Notes: a model not told the origin generated them from the letters alone. A stretch of 56,348 bases of DNA from Chitinophagales bacterium (GCA_038327005.1 JBBQKO010000001.1:1-56348); one strand, 5' to 3'. Counted from the stretch's first letter, positions 21,611-32,215 are shown. Numbers and translations are program-made.

Positions 21611-22105
21611 TCAACTCTTTAGTTTCGTTCTGATGGTTTGGATAATTTCCTCCGGGGTATTTCGTATGTCTATCCGGTTGGCATCCTGCGGTATTTCTAA
21701 CGCAGCAAACTGTGATTGTAAAAGTGAAGCTGGCATATAATGGTCGGCCCTGCTATTTAATCGTCCAAGTATCGTATTAAAATCTCCCTCCAGAAAAATC
21801 CATTGGCAGTTATCTTCGATCGATTCGCTGAGCCTTTCCCGGTAGCGTTTTTTCAAGGCGGAGCATACCAGTATCACGGGGTGTTTCTTATTCGCTTCAA
21901 CTACAAAATTATTTATGCCATCAAGCCACGGCTGCCGGTCTTCATCCGTTAGCGGAATGCCTGCATTCATTTTGGCCTTGTTTTCAATAGAATGAAAATC
22001 ATCTGCATCATAAAAAGGATATCCTGTTTTTTGGGACAAAAGTTTTCCAATGGTTGTTTTACCACTGCCCGAAACGCCCATGATATAAATTACCGGATAG
22101 CTCAT
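21611..22105 (-). CDS. Gluconokinase (GntK/IdnK family)
   Basis: MGVSGSGKTT, DADDFH, PLTDEDR.PWL, CSALK, HYMPASLLQSQF. Confidence 0.93.
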   Translation of the reverse strand: MSYPVIYIMGVSGSGKTTIGKLLSQKTGYPFYDADDFHSIENKAKMNAGIPLTDEDRQPWLDGINNFVVEANKKHPVILVCSALKKRYRERLSESIEDNCQWIFLEGDFNTILGRLNSRADHYMPASLLQSQFAALEIPQDANRIDIRNTPEEIIQTIRTKLKS

Positions 22106-22164
22106 TTTAATGCAACTGTTTTCTAAAATACAATTTAATGGGATTGGTTGAAACTTGAAATTTG

Positions 22165-22917
22165 TCATCTCTTTAAAAACATTACAATGGCTCCCATCAA
22201 GGTCAATAAAATCACTACTTTCCGGTAACTGTCATCCTTTATTTTTGAAACTATTTTAAGACCGGCCCAGAAGCCGCCAATCAATGCAGGCAATAGCAAC
22301 AGATCGGTTTGAAGCGTAACCAGGTTGATGTTTTTCCAGTAAAAAACCTGGAAGGGAAGTTTGAATAAATTAATGACCAGAAAAAGCCATGCTGCCGTGC
22401 CAATGAAATCATTTTTGGGCATCCGCATCGCCAGGAAATAGATATTTGAAAATGCACCGGCGAGGTTGCCCAGCATGGTAGTAAAGCCGGCAATCAGCCC
22501 CATGTTGGCAACAAATAATTTATTGGCAGGCACCGTTACAGATTTTCGAAATTCAAGCACCAGCATGATGATGACCGTTGAAATAATGATAATGGCCATC
22601 AGCTTTCTAAAGACCACTTCATTTAAATCCTTGCCCACATAAACACCGATTAAAATACCGATCATCATCCATGGGATTAGCTTCCAAAAATGTGACCACT
22701 GTGCATGTCGATGATAATATTTTACTGCCATAATATCTGCAACACAAAGCAGCGGCAGCACAATGCCCGTAGAAGCTTTGCCGCCAAAAACGATGGCCAT
22801 GATGGTTACATTCATCATGTCGATCCCTTTTAATCCAGCCTTTGAGAGTCCAATGATAAAGGCTGCCACCAGGATGAGGCTCCAATCCAACAAAGAATAA
22901 GTATTGATAAAGTCCAT
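22165..22917 (-). CDS. TauE/SafE sulfite-exporter family membrane protein
   Basis: G.SK.G..G, GFTTMLGNLAG, eight hydrophobic segments. Confidence 0.85.
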   Translation of the reverse strand: MDFINTYSLLDWSLILVAAFIIGLSKAGLKGIDMMNVTIMAIVFGGKASTGIVLPLLCVADIMAVKYYHRHAQWSHFWKLIPWMMIGILIGVYVGKDLNEVVFRKLMAIIIISTVIIMLVLEFRKSVTVPANKLFVANMGLIAGFTTMLGNLAGAFSNIYFLAMRMPKNDFIGTAAWLFLVINLFKLPFQVFYWKNINLVTLQTDLLLLPALIGGFWAGLKIVSKIKDDSYRKVVILLTLMGAIVMFLKR

Positions 22918-24192
22918 TATTTGTTTCCGCTCTTTCTCTTCCAAAAAACAACAAGGCCGATGAGTAAAATAACACTAACTGATAAACCGATTAGAAAGTA
23001 GGGAGTGTCTGGCATAATGAAGTTATTGATCAGTTATAAAAAAATATTTCTCTAAATTAATCTAGTTTTTCAATTAAAATTCGTTTCGGTAAAATCAGTT
23101 GCCGGATTATAAAAACCTAGCTTTACATTCAACACCATAAATTAAAAATTATACTTTGTGCAAATGATTGATGGCATGCCACCAAAGCGAGAAGCACCAT
23201 GCAGATAGTTAATAATTTTTTTGTAAGCATAAAATGAATTGAATTGATGTATTGACTTTGTATAGAAATATCTTAAAATGCTGGTTGAATTAAGTCGCAT
23301 TTAAGTGGCTTATCGTAGGGTAGCTTATTTTTTAAAGATAGCAGATAATTATGTTCTAAACTTAAGTTCAGGATGGGTGGGTTAAAGTGCTGATAAAAAA
23401 GCAATTTTCCTGAACTGCCTCATTGGATTTATATTGGGCATTCAGCAAACATTCACCAGCTTTGTTTTAATATTTTTTGAACAGGCAGTGAAGCTATGGT
23501 CATCATCGTTGTGTCACTCACTTGTACTTTTACAACTATTGGCAGCACTCCTTATAAGCCCCCTTCTTGTATATGCCATTGGCGAAACCCCTGTAAAAAA
23601 ATGAACCCCGGTGCCATTACGTAGCATCTTTTTTTTGGAGTTGATTTACTTAGCACATTTTGATAAGCAACAAAAAATAACAATCATCGAATTGAAAAGC
23701 TGCTTGGGTGCGGTAAATACTTTCTGCAATTTATAATCAGCTTAATTTTTACGATCTACCGTTGAACATCAGCTTTATCAGGTAAAAACCTGGATAGTAA
23801 TAATGGTTGAATAAGAATCGCAGCGACCATTTAAAACCTAATACGACTTTCTCAAAGTATTGATTGTCAATATAAGTTACCTGAAATAGCAAGGTAGTTT
23901 ACCTGGTTTTTCGATTCACCTGACATTTTTTCTGTGGAAAAGTTAGTTAGCTGAAAATCAGTGCATTAACCTGTCAGCGTAGTTTTACGTACCCCGTTTC
24001 TTAGGTTTTTGGAGCAAGTAACCCTATTTTTGCGCTCGCATCTCAGATACAATGATGCCTTGCAGTACGATCCGCATTTTTCAGCGGTCATCACATTACA
24101 GAATCAAACTACATAAAAACCTCCAATACTATAGTTAATAACTGTTGAAGCGATCCATTTCCTATGAGTATTTCTTTACGTAAAACAGTATA

Positions 24193-25017
24193 ATGAAACT
24201 GAATTTATTAAGTCAGGTTGGTTTGTTTGGCATCCTCGTATTTTTTTTCTACCAGGTAGTTGCACAACCACAAAACGAATTATTGTTACCCTATTTGCCG
24301 AATGATACACTCGCCGCAAAAGCAAAGGTTAACATCGAAGAAGCTATCAGTATTCCCTTGCAGTCTAATTTACACAACTATGTGGATCGTTATCTTGACG
24401 AAAATGCAGCGTTGCTGGATCAGATTAAAGAGCGGAACAGCGATAAGCTAAAAACCATACAGCAGATACTGCTTAAGCAAGGGTTGCCAGAAGGCTTGAA
24501 ATATTTGGCAATTGTGGAATCGGAACTAAAGAACCGAGCTACTTCTGGTGCAGGTGCTGCAGGTATTTGGCAACTGATGCCCGAAACCGCAAGAACCTTT
24601 GGTTTAAAGGTGAATGCTAAAACCGATCAACGGCGGCAGGTATATCAAAGCTCCGTAGCCGCTGCCAATTATTTAAAAACCTTGTATAAAGAGTTTGATG
24701 ATTGGTTGCTGGTAGTTGCTGCCTACAACTGCGGTTCAGGAAATGTGTATAAAGCAATCAGAAAATCGGGTAGCCGGGATTTCTGGAAAATGCAGCGCTA
24801 TTTGCCAGCCGAAACCAAGGGCCATGTAAAGCATTTCATCGCTACCCATTTTCATTATGAAGCCAATGGGAGTATGGTAACACTTACCAAAAAAGAACGG
24901 ATCATTTACCTTGCAACATTGAATAAAACAGTGCAGGACGATGCAAAACAAAACAAAGGTGTTTTACCAGATTCCAGTAAACAAACAACGGTTGACATAG
25001 TCGTTACACAGCAATAA
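24193..25017 (+). CDS. Lytic transglycosylase (SLT/MltD-type)
   Basis: AIVES, GA.GIWQLMP.TA, AAYNCG.G, ETK. Confidence 0.92.
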   Translation: MKLNLLSQVGLFGILVFFFYQVVAQPQNELLLPYLPNDTLAAKAKVNIEEAISIPLQSNLHNYVDRYLDENAALLDQIKERNSDKLKTIQQILLKQGLPEGLKYLAIVESELKNRATSGAGAAGIWQLMPETARTFGLKVNAKTDQRRQVYQSSVAAANYLKTLYKEFDDWLLVVAAYNCGSGNVYKAIRKSGSRDFWKMQRYLPAETKGHVKHFIATHFHYEANGSMVTLTKKERIIYLATLNKTVQDDAKQNKGVLPDSSKQTTVDIVVTQQ

Positions 25018-25060
25018 GATTACTTTAAGAAAGTAATGATTATTACAAAACAACAACTAT

Positions 25061-25100
25061 AAAAAAGGAGCAATTGCAGTAATGCAATGCTCCTTTTTTT
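25061..25100. terminator. Bidirectional intrinsic terminator
   Basis: AAAAAAGGAGCA(A)TTGCA...TGCAATGCTCCTTTTTTT between convergent genes. Confidence 0.75.
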
Positions 25101-25129
25101 AAAATTGAACGACACCTGATTACATGCTG

Positions 25130-25205
25130 CCAACAATCCAACGATCCAACAATTTAACAATCCAACAATCCAATAATTCAACTGCCAACTACCCAACAAT
25201 CCACC
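25130..25205. repeat. Degenerate octamer tandem repeat (CAACAATC)n
   Basis: CCAACAATCCAACGATCCAACAATTTAACAATCCAACAATCCAATAATTCAAC... immediately downstream of katE stop. Confidence 0.7.
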
Positions 25206-25206
25206 A

Positions 25207-27285
25207 CTAAGCCAGATTTCTTATCAATACTTCCCGATCAAAAAAACGTTTGGCTGCAGCATCAATAAAGGGTTTGCTCACATCTACCACACCTGCATCT
25301 TTCACCACGCCTGCCTTATCCAGCAAGGGCATCGCCTCTTTAGTAGCAGCAATCGCTTTCAGGTGACCAAATGCATCCATTACCCATTGCACCGCAGCGC
25401 CTTCTTTCAATAGCATCGCAGTACCATTGTCAGAAAGGATTACCGCTACTGCATCAAATAATTGCGAGGGCGTACCCGCAAGCTGTCCATCCGCTTTTAT
25501 GGTTGATTTATCAGAAAGTACAATGCCATTCAGTTTGGGGGCTACCAGTTTACAGTTACCGCCTGCCTTTGCAATATCTTTTTTAAGTTTATCAATCGCT
25601 GAAGCATCGCTGCCATCTGCAATTAAAATGCCTACACATCTGCCCTGCAAAGACGTTTTCATATTTTTTTGAATAGAGAGCGCTGGTGATGGTTTAAAAT
25701 CCTGCACAGGTGCAGCAGTTGGAGCTTTTGCCGGAAGAGGAATACCCAGGCCTTTCGCCACTCTTGCCGCCAGGTCCTCGGATGTATTCCGAAGGTTCGC
25801 TACCACACGAGGCGGTATATGCGCAAGGGTTACTTTCGATAATTCAAACACCAGCGCAGAGGCAATATGCGCCTGTTCATTTTCGGTTTGTGAAATAAAA
25901 AACATTCTCGCCTGGCTGTAATGATCCGCAAATGAAGCCGGGCGAATGCGTAATCTATCGCCTTGCTCTTCTTCCTCCGCACGTCCTTTAAAACTACTGA
26001 ATCCTGTAACGGGGCATTCCCTCGGACCAGCTTCTTCCCCTGCCATATCCAGACTGTTGGGTTCATAATTTGCACGACCTTTAGGTACTTCCGTTTGCAT
26101 CATCCCATCCCGCTGAAAATTCATAAACGGACACTTAGGTGCATTGATCGGTATCTGGTGAAAATTGGCCGTTCCCAACCTCGACTTTTGAGTATCCAGA
26201 TAACTAAACAACCTGCCTTGCAGCAAAGGGTCGTCGGTGAAGTCTATACCCGGCACTACATTAGCCGGACAAAAAGCGACCTGCTCTGTTTCTGCAAAAA
26301 AGTTATCAGGGTTGCGATCCAGTACCATACGGCCGACAATTCTTATGGGTATCACTTCTTCTGGTATTAGCTTGGTAGAGTCCAGCACATCATACGGTAG
26401 TGAGTCTGCTTTTCTCTGATCAAATAATTGCATACCTAGTTCCCATTCCGGAAAATCACCCCGCTCAATGGCTTCATGCAAATCACGGCGGTGATAATCA
26501 TTATCGGCTGACTGTAATTTGGCTGCCTCATCCCACACGGTTGATTGCAAACCCAGTTTAGGCTTCCAGTGAAATTTCACAAACGTTGATTTACCTTTGG
26601 CATTTACCAGCCGGAAAGTATGTATCCCAAAGCCTTCCATCATCCGCAACGAACGGGGGATCGCCCGGTCGCTCATAGCCCACATAATCATGTGCGAAGT
26701 TTCCGGCATCAACGATATAAAATCCCAAAACGTATCATGTGCGCTGGCCGCCTGCGGGTAACCTGTGTTGGCTTCCATTTTCACCGCATGTATCAGGTCA
26801 GGAAATTTGATGGCATCCTGTATAAAGAAAACCGGCATATTATTACCCACCAAATCCCAGTTACCTTCTTTGGTATAAAGCTTTACTGCAAAGCCACGTA
26901 CATCCCTTGGTGTATCTACCGAACCGGCCCCACCTGCCACCGTTGAAATCCGGGTAAACAGTGGCGTCTTTTCACCAGCCCGTTGAAAAATATCTGCCTT
27001 AGTAATATCTGCCAATGATTCGTACAACTCAAAATAACCATGAGCGGCCGAACCCCTCGCATGTACAATCCGCTCTGGTATGCGCTCGTGGTCAAAATGA
27101 AATATCTTCTCCCGTAGCACAAAATCTTCCAATAGCACAGGACCACGTTGGCCAGATTTTAAACTATTCTGATTGTCAGAAATATGCATCCCCTGGTTAT
27201 TGGTGAGGTAGGGATGCTGCTCGTCTGACGTTTGATGTGTTTCTCCACCCGGTGTTTTTTTGTTGGTGCTTTTCATTTTGATCAT
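25207..27285 (-). CDS. katE: Catalase HPII (large subunit, C-terminal DJ-1-like domain)
   Basis: [38 protein letters not shown]. Confidence 0.97.
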   Translation of the reverse strand: MIKMKSTNKKTPGGETHQTSDEQHPYLTNNQGMHISDNQNSLKSGQRGPVLLEDFVLREKIFHFDHERIPERIVHARGSAAHGYFELYESLADITKADIFQRAGEKTPLFTRISTVAGGAGSVDTPRDVRGFAVKLYTKEGNWDLVGNNMPVFFIQDAIKFPDLIHAVKMEANTGYPQAASAHDTFWDFISLMPETSHMIMWAMSDRAIPRSLRMMEGFGIHTFRLVNAKGKSTFVKFHWKPKLGLQSTVWDEAAKLQSADNDYHRRDLHEAIERGDFPEWELGMQLFDQRKADSLPYDVLDSTKLIPEEVIPIRIVGRMVLDRNPDNFFAETEQVAFCPANVVPGIDFTDDPLLQGRLFSYLDTQKSRLGTANFHQIPINAPKCPFMNFQRDGMMQTEVPKGRANYEPNSLDMAGEEAGPRECPVTGFSSFKGRAEEEEQGDRLRIRPASFADHYSQARMFFISQTENEQAHIASALVFELSKVTLAHIPPRVVANLRNTSEDLAARVAKGLGIPLPAKAPTAAPVQDFKPSPALSIQKNMKTSLQGRCVGILIADGSDASAIDKLKKDIAKAGGNCKLVAPKLNGIVLSDKSTIKADGQLAGTPSQLFDAVAVILSDNGTAMLLKEGAAVQWVMDAFGHLKAIAATKEAMPLLDKAGVVKDAGVVDVSKPFIDAAAKRFFDREVLIRNLA

Positions 27286-27745
27286 TTTTGTTGATTAAAA
27301 AAATCCGGCAGCACCTTTGCATTCACTGCATTCATGTGCCAGTCGCTTTATAAAGCGTAACCAAATTTCATCAAACCCTGTTCCGCAATCATCCCCGTGT
27401 ATCAATTAAGAACGGTTCGCTTAAACGGGTAAAAAATTACACAGCTTTTTTTGATGTTGTGTGAAGAAGCCCTTAATGAAAGTATTCACCGGCCATCTCT
27501 TAGCCGGAGCGTTCTGTCGTTGCCGTTATTGGGCAATTGATTTGTTGGGCTTTGGGCGGCATTGTTGCGGAACTCTCTGCCAACGAAGTCAGTCAGGTAC
27601 ACCTGCACTGGTTATCAACGGGCTTATTATCTGGTGATCCCAATTGATTCAAGCAAGAAATTCTTTATAAACTACCTCAAGAAGGCGAAAAATGTAGATA
27701 ATTTATTTTGCTTAATTTAGCTTGATATTTATAACTATAATTACG

Positions 27746-28834
27746 ATGATAAAAAAAAAGAGAATCACTTTAAAGGATTTTTCTGCAGTTGATATCTTCT
27801 GTGGCGTTGGAGGGCTTACACATGGTCTAATCTTAGAAAGTATTCAGGTGAAGATTGGAATTGATTTTGATTCAACCTGCAAATATGCATTTGAAAAAAA
27901 TAATAATGCAAAGTTCATTCACAAAGACGTAACAGAGCTTTCCGCTACTGAATTGAGAAAATACTTCCCTAAGGGTAAGAAAAAAATATTAGTTGGTTGC
28001 GCTCCCTGCCAACCGTTCTCTTTATATAACCACAAAACGGCCAAAGATCCAGCTAAACAACAAGCTGATAACAAATGGAAATTGCTTTATTCTTTTGGTG
28101 ATTTAATTGAAAAAGTAAAACCAGATATCATTTCGATGGAAAATGTTCCCATGCTAGTTAAATTTAACAAAGGAAAAGTATTTAATGACTTTGTTTCTAA
28201 GCTTGAGCAATTGAATTATAATATATCTTGGGAAATTGTAAATGCACAGGATTATGGGGTGCCTCAAAGAAGAAAACGTTTAATTTTATTGGGCTCAAAG
28301 TTTGGCAAAATTAATTTGATTGAGAAGACAGTTGAAAATAACAAATATAAAACGGTGAGAGATGCCATTGGGCATTTACCGCCTGTTGAAGATGGTATTT
28401 CCCATCCTGATGACCTTTTACATAGAGCTAGAAAACTGACTGATTTAAATAAAAAACGTATTCGAGCTACGGCTGAAGGAGGATTTTGGCGTGATTGGGA
28501 CACGAGTTTATGGCTTACCTGCCACAAAAAAGAAAGTGGTAAAGATTTTAATAGCGTTTACGGACGAATGAAATGGGATGAAGTCGCTCCTACAATGACG
28601 ACTCATTGTATTGGGTTAAATAATGGTCGTTTTGGACATCCAGATCAGGATCGAGCAATATCCTTGAGAGAAGCATCTCTTATTCAAAGCTTTCCAGAAG
28701 ACTATGAATTTATAGATCCAGTAGCTACTTTTAATTCTCAAAACATTGCAAAGCACATAGGAAATGCAGTCCCTGTGGGATTAGGGATTGCGATAGCGAA
28801 AAGTATAAAAAAACATATAGAACAAATTGGGTAA
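27746..28834 (+). CDS. DNA (cytosine-5)-methyltransferase
   Basis: Motifs I (DIFCGVGG), IV (PCQPFS), VI (ENV), VIII (QRRKR), IX-X (REA..IQSFP, IGNAVP) all intact. Confidence 0.95.
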   Translation: MIKKKRITLKDFSAVDIFCGVGGLTHGLILESIQVKIGIDFDSTCKYAFEKNNNAKFIHKDVTELSATELRKYFPKGKKKILVGCAPCQPFSLYNHKTAKDPAKQQADNKWKLLYSFGDLIEKVKPDIISMENVPMLVKFNKGKVFNDFVSKLEQLNYNISWEIVNAQDYGVPQRRKRLILLGSKFGKINLIEKTVENNKYKTVRDAIGHLPPVEDGISHPDDLLHRARKLTDLNKKRIRATAEGGFWRDWDTSLWLTCHKKESGKDFNSVYGRMKWDEVAPTMTTHCIGLNNGRFGHPDQDRAISLREASLIQSFPEDYEFIDPVATFNSQNIAKHIGNAVPVGLGIAIAKSIKKHIEQIG

Positions 28835-30974
28835 AGTTAAAGAAATTCAGAAAGAAGCATTACGTTGGCGTTTTGATGTCAACACATTTCGTTTGCTTGG
28901 TCGTGAATTAATTACTGATAGAATAACTGCTGTTTTTGAATTAGTTAAGAACTGCTATGATGCTAACTCAACAAGTGTATGCGTTGATTTTCAAAGTGTT
29001 TCTCAAAAGAATACCCAAGGTAGAATTGTCATTTCTGATAATGGGATAGGAATGTCATTTGATGATATAAGGGATAAATGGATGGTAGTTGGTACGAATA
29101 ATAAAAGAGTAACACTGTATTCGGATGCTCCTTTCAACAGGAAGTTTGTCGGGGAAAAAGGTATTGGGAGGTTTGCAGTTGATAAACTTGGAGAACGAGT
29201 GTTGATACGAACAAAACAAATCGGCTCAAAGCAATGGCTGAATGTAAATATAAATTGGGACGAATACGAAACTAGGGCGGATGTCTCAAAGACTAACAAT
29301 CAACTATCGCTTTTTACTGAAATAGATAATACTTATTATTGGGAAGATGGGGCTTCTGAAGAGCAAGGAACTCAAATAATCATTTCAAAGGTCAGTGAAA
29401 CTTGGGATGAAAAAGATTTGAATTGGCTATACAGGGAATTAGGTAAACTCGTTTCCCCATTTTATAAAATAAATCCGCCGTTAGACATATATATAAATTC
29501 AGGCGATATAGAGGGTTACAGAAACAAACATGTGAAAGCAGAACCAACAAGATTTTATTCGCATCATGCTGAAATAGGGTTTAGTATTGAAAGTAAAATG
29601 CAAGAAACCCTGAAATTTGATGGACAAGAAGGTAAATTAATAATTGAACACATTGATATAAAATCGTTTGGCCCAATCAATTTGAAAATGTTTTACTTCA
29701 ATGAGTCCGCAAAACGACAGTATGGTAAGATTTATAAAAACGACGACACACGTATTGATGGAATTAAAATATATCGTGATGGAATGATTACAACTCCTTT
29801 TGCAGAAAGCACAGCTACAATTTCAAAACGAAGAGATATTTTAGGTATCGATAAGAGAAGATGGCAGGGCACTTTTGATAAAGTAGGGACACGGGAAATT
29901 ATTGGAGTGCTAGACATAAAACAAAATGAGAATTCAAAAATAATTGACGCAACAAACCGCCAAGATTTTTTAGACAATCAAGAATATAGGGATTTAAAAG
30001 ATTTTGTAATTGAACAACTTGATGCATGGGGCCAGTTAAAGATGTTTGAAAGAGAATCGAAAAGAAGTAATGTTGAAAAAAAATTACAGAAAGCTGGTAA
30101 AGAAGTCAAAAGTTTTTCAACAGCAATAGCAATCATTGAGAGTGATTTAATTAAAGAAAAACCGGAATTAAAAGGAGTATTTGATAATATAAATATTCAA
30201 ATTGATGAACTAAATACAGTTATCTCAGAAAGTATTAGTGAGCAGAAAAAATTTCAAACTGAAGTCACTCGTAAAGAAAATATTTATTTGAGCTTGATGT
30301 CGCTTCAGGATTACGCCTCAAATATTTCTCATGCTATTAGAACATCGCTTGGAAAAATAAAGAGAATGGCAGAGTTCTTTAAAGTAAATTTTCCCAATCC
30401 AAAAAAGGATGTATTTTTTAAGCAGTATGCAAATTTAATTTATGATGAAATGGCAACTTTATTAAAGGTTACAGATTTCATGTTAAGCTATGCTAGTTCC
30501 GATATCGATTTTGAAGATTTTAGTGTAAAAGAGTTAATTGAAGAATTGTTATTGAAAACTTATGAACAGACTTTTATTGTTGAAAAAATAAGTGTAGTTG
30601 TAGAAATAAAAGATGACTTTATAATTAATGCAAATAGGAAATTTTTTGAAGATATTTTTCAAAACCTTATTGCTAACTCCATAAAAGCATTGCAAGATGT
30701 AAAAGATAAAACTATTAAGTGCTCGGGTTATTTAGATGACAATAATTTCACTCTTTATTTTTCTGATAATGGAAAAGGCGTAAATGATGGAGATGAGAAA
30801 TGGATTTTTGGATTATATAATACTCGAACAGCGGAACAAGGTGGGGCAGGAATTGGACTATACATTGTTGAAAAGAGAATCGAAGCATTAAAAGGAACTG
30901 TCGAGTTAATTGAAAATGAATTTAAACCTATGGGAGCTACTTTTAAAATTAAATTACCTTTTAATAAGCTATAA
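28827..30974 (+). CDS. MORC/GHKL-type ATPase fused to C-terminal histidine kinase
   Basis: N-terminal ELVKNCYDA, DNGIGM, GEKGIGRF, GT; coiled coil; H-box SHAIRTSL (His502), QNLIANS, DNGKGV, GAGIGL; no TM segments. Confidence 0.88.
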   Translation: MGKVKEIQKEALRWRFDVNTFRLLGRELITDRITAVFELVKNCYDANSTSVCVDFQSVSQKNTQGRIVISDNGIGMSFDDIRDKWMVVGTNNKRVTLYSDAPFNRKFVGEKGIGRFAVDKLGERVLIRTKQIGSKQWLNVNINWDEYETRADVSKTNNQLSLFTEIDNTYYWEDGASEEQGTQIIISKVSETWDEKDLNWLYRELGKLVSPFYKINPPLDIYINSGDIEGYRNKHVKAEPTRFYSHHAEIGFSIESKMQETLKFDGQEGKLIIEHIDIKSFGPINLKMFYFNESAKRQYGKIYKNDDTRIDGIKIYRDGMITTPFAESTATISKRRDILGIDKRRWQGTFDKVGTREIIGVLDIKQNENSKIIDATNRQDFLDNQEYRDLKDFVIEQLDAWGQLKMFERESKRSNVEKKLQKAGKEVKSFSTAIAIIESDLIKEKPELKGVFDNINIQIDELNTVISESISEQKKFQTEVTRKENIYLSLMSLQDYASNISHAIRTSLGKIKRMAEFFKVNFPNPKKDVFFKQYANLIYDEMATLLKVTDFMLSYASSDIDFEDFSVKELIEELLLKTYEQTFIVEKISVVVEIKDDFIINANRKFFEDIFQNLIANSIKALQDVKDKTIKCSGYLDDNNFTLYFSDNGKGVNDGDEKWIFGLYNTRTAEQGGAGIGLYIVEKRIEALKGTVELIENEFKPMGATFKIKLPFNKL

Positions 30975-30975
30975 A

Positions 30976-31599
30976 ATGAGTGCTCCTATAAAAATAGTTG
31001 TAATACATGATGGGTTAATCCCAAAAGTTGACCCACTTCTAGTGGAATTACAGGAAAAGTTTGGACTAAATGAAGTAATTCATTACGAAAACTCGAATGA
31101 TGGGCTTGAATATGTATTAGGCAATCTTAATCAAAAAATGATTGTTATTCTTGATATGAATTTTAGTAAAGGCGAGCTATCAGGGCTGCAAGTATTTGAA
31201 AATATAAGAGATAAGACAGCTCTTGTTTATATAATTCTGATTACTGCAGATGAAGTTATTAAAATAAAGAATGAAGATTTGATTTTCTTAATTAATCATG
31301 ATGCGTTTGCCCTAGAAAGCGTTACTGCTGATTATTCAAAAATCATTTCGCTTGTTGAAAATGCATCACATAAATTAGATGCAAGGGTTGATGCTGTTTT
31401 GGAGGATTGGATTACTAAACAATCAGATGAAAAAAGAGCGAAGCCATACTTAAAAACTAGAGAGGGCAAAACATATACTCTTGAAAATATACTTGAAAGT
31501 ATTCGCCAACAAACAGAGATTGGTAAACAAATGGAGAGAAATATTCTAAAACTTTCAGTTGATTTATTGTCCCGCCAAAAAACCAAGCTTGATGATTAA
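30976..31599 (+). CDS. Atypical response-regulator receiver protein with unrecognised C-terminal domain
   Basis: IVVIHD, ILDMNF (Asp60), SGLQVF, ILITA; starts 1 nt after the kinase stop. Confidence 0.78.
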   Translation: MSAPIKIVVIHDGLIPKVDPLLVELQEKFGLNEVIHYENSNDGLEYVLGNLNQKMIVILDMNFSKGELSGLQVFENIRDKTALVYIILITADEVIKIKNEDLIFLINHDAFALESVTADYSKIISLVENASHKLDARVDAVLEDWITKQSDEKRAKPYLKTREGKTYTLENILESIRQQTEIGKQMERNILKLSVDLLSRQKTKLDD

Positions 31600-32215
31600 T
31601 ACTTTTATTGCATTCGATGAAAATGATGATGATTTTGGTGAATATTTTTTTGAAAGTCATAACGATATAATTTCTGATTTTCAGAAAAATAAACTTATTA
31701 ATTATGTTTCGATTTGTGGATTAAACTGTACTGAGAAGGGAATAATAGATATCTTAAATTCAATAAATGAAAATCCATTTGTCTTTATCGCAATTTCACA
31801 CGGAAATGAAGATGAATTCTGTTCCCATGAGGTTTATATAAGTGCAACTAATGCAAATCAATTTCGAAACTCATTTATATATTCTACATCATGTTCTACA
31901 GGTAAGAATTTAGCAAAAATATTAATAGATAATGGCAGTCTAGCATTCATAGGTTACAATAATGAAATTTTCGTCCCATTGGATTATTCAAAATTATTTT
32001 ATACTTGTGAGAATTATGGCATTAAGTCTTTTTTTAACAACGATGAAACTATTGAAACCTCTTATAATAAACTTATAGAACATTATACGGCTCAAATCGA
32101 TATCCTTTTGTCTGGATCTATGGAAGACCTTATTATCGCTTCTACGTTACTTGATAATCGTGATAAACTTACTTTTTTAGGCAATGGTTCGTTGACAAGA
32201 AAATTTTTTAATTAA
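31592..32215 (+). CDS. Putative clan CD (caspase/CHAT/gingipain-like) cysteine peptidase
   Basis: FVFIAISHG (His70) ... FIYSTSCSTG (Cys101) ... LA..LI..G..AFIGY; ATG overlaps upstream stop. Confidence 0.6.
   Translation: MINTFIAFDENDDDFGEYFFESHNDIISDFQKNKLINYVSICGLNCTEKGIIDILNSINENPFVFIAISHGNEDEFCSHEVYISATNANQFRNSFIYSTSCSTGKNLAKILIDNGSLAFIGYNNEIFVPLDYSKLFYTCENYGIKSFFNNDETIETSYNKLIEHYTAQIDILLSGSMEDLIIASTLLDNRDKLTFLGNGSLTRKFFN

Noticed and set aside
27325-27341. sigma-54 promoter for katE
   Set aside because: TGGCAC is present but the GC lies 9, not 10, nt from the GG
27746-32215. Ordinary type II restriction-modification system or ordinary two-component system
   Set aside because: No PD-(D/E)xK, HNH or Vsr gene recognised; the kinase lacks TM/PAS sensors and has a MORC-like ATPase; the receiver lacks a recognisable DNA-binding domain
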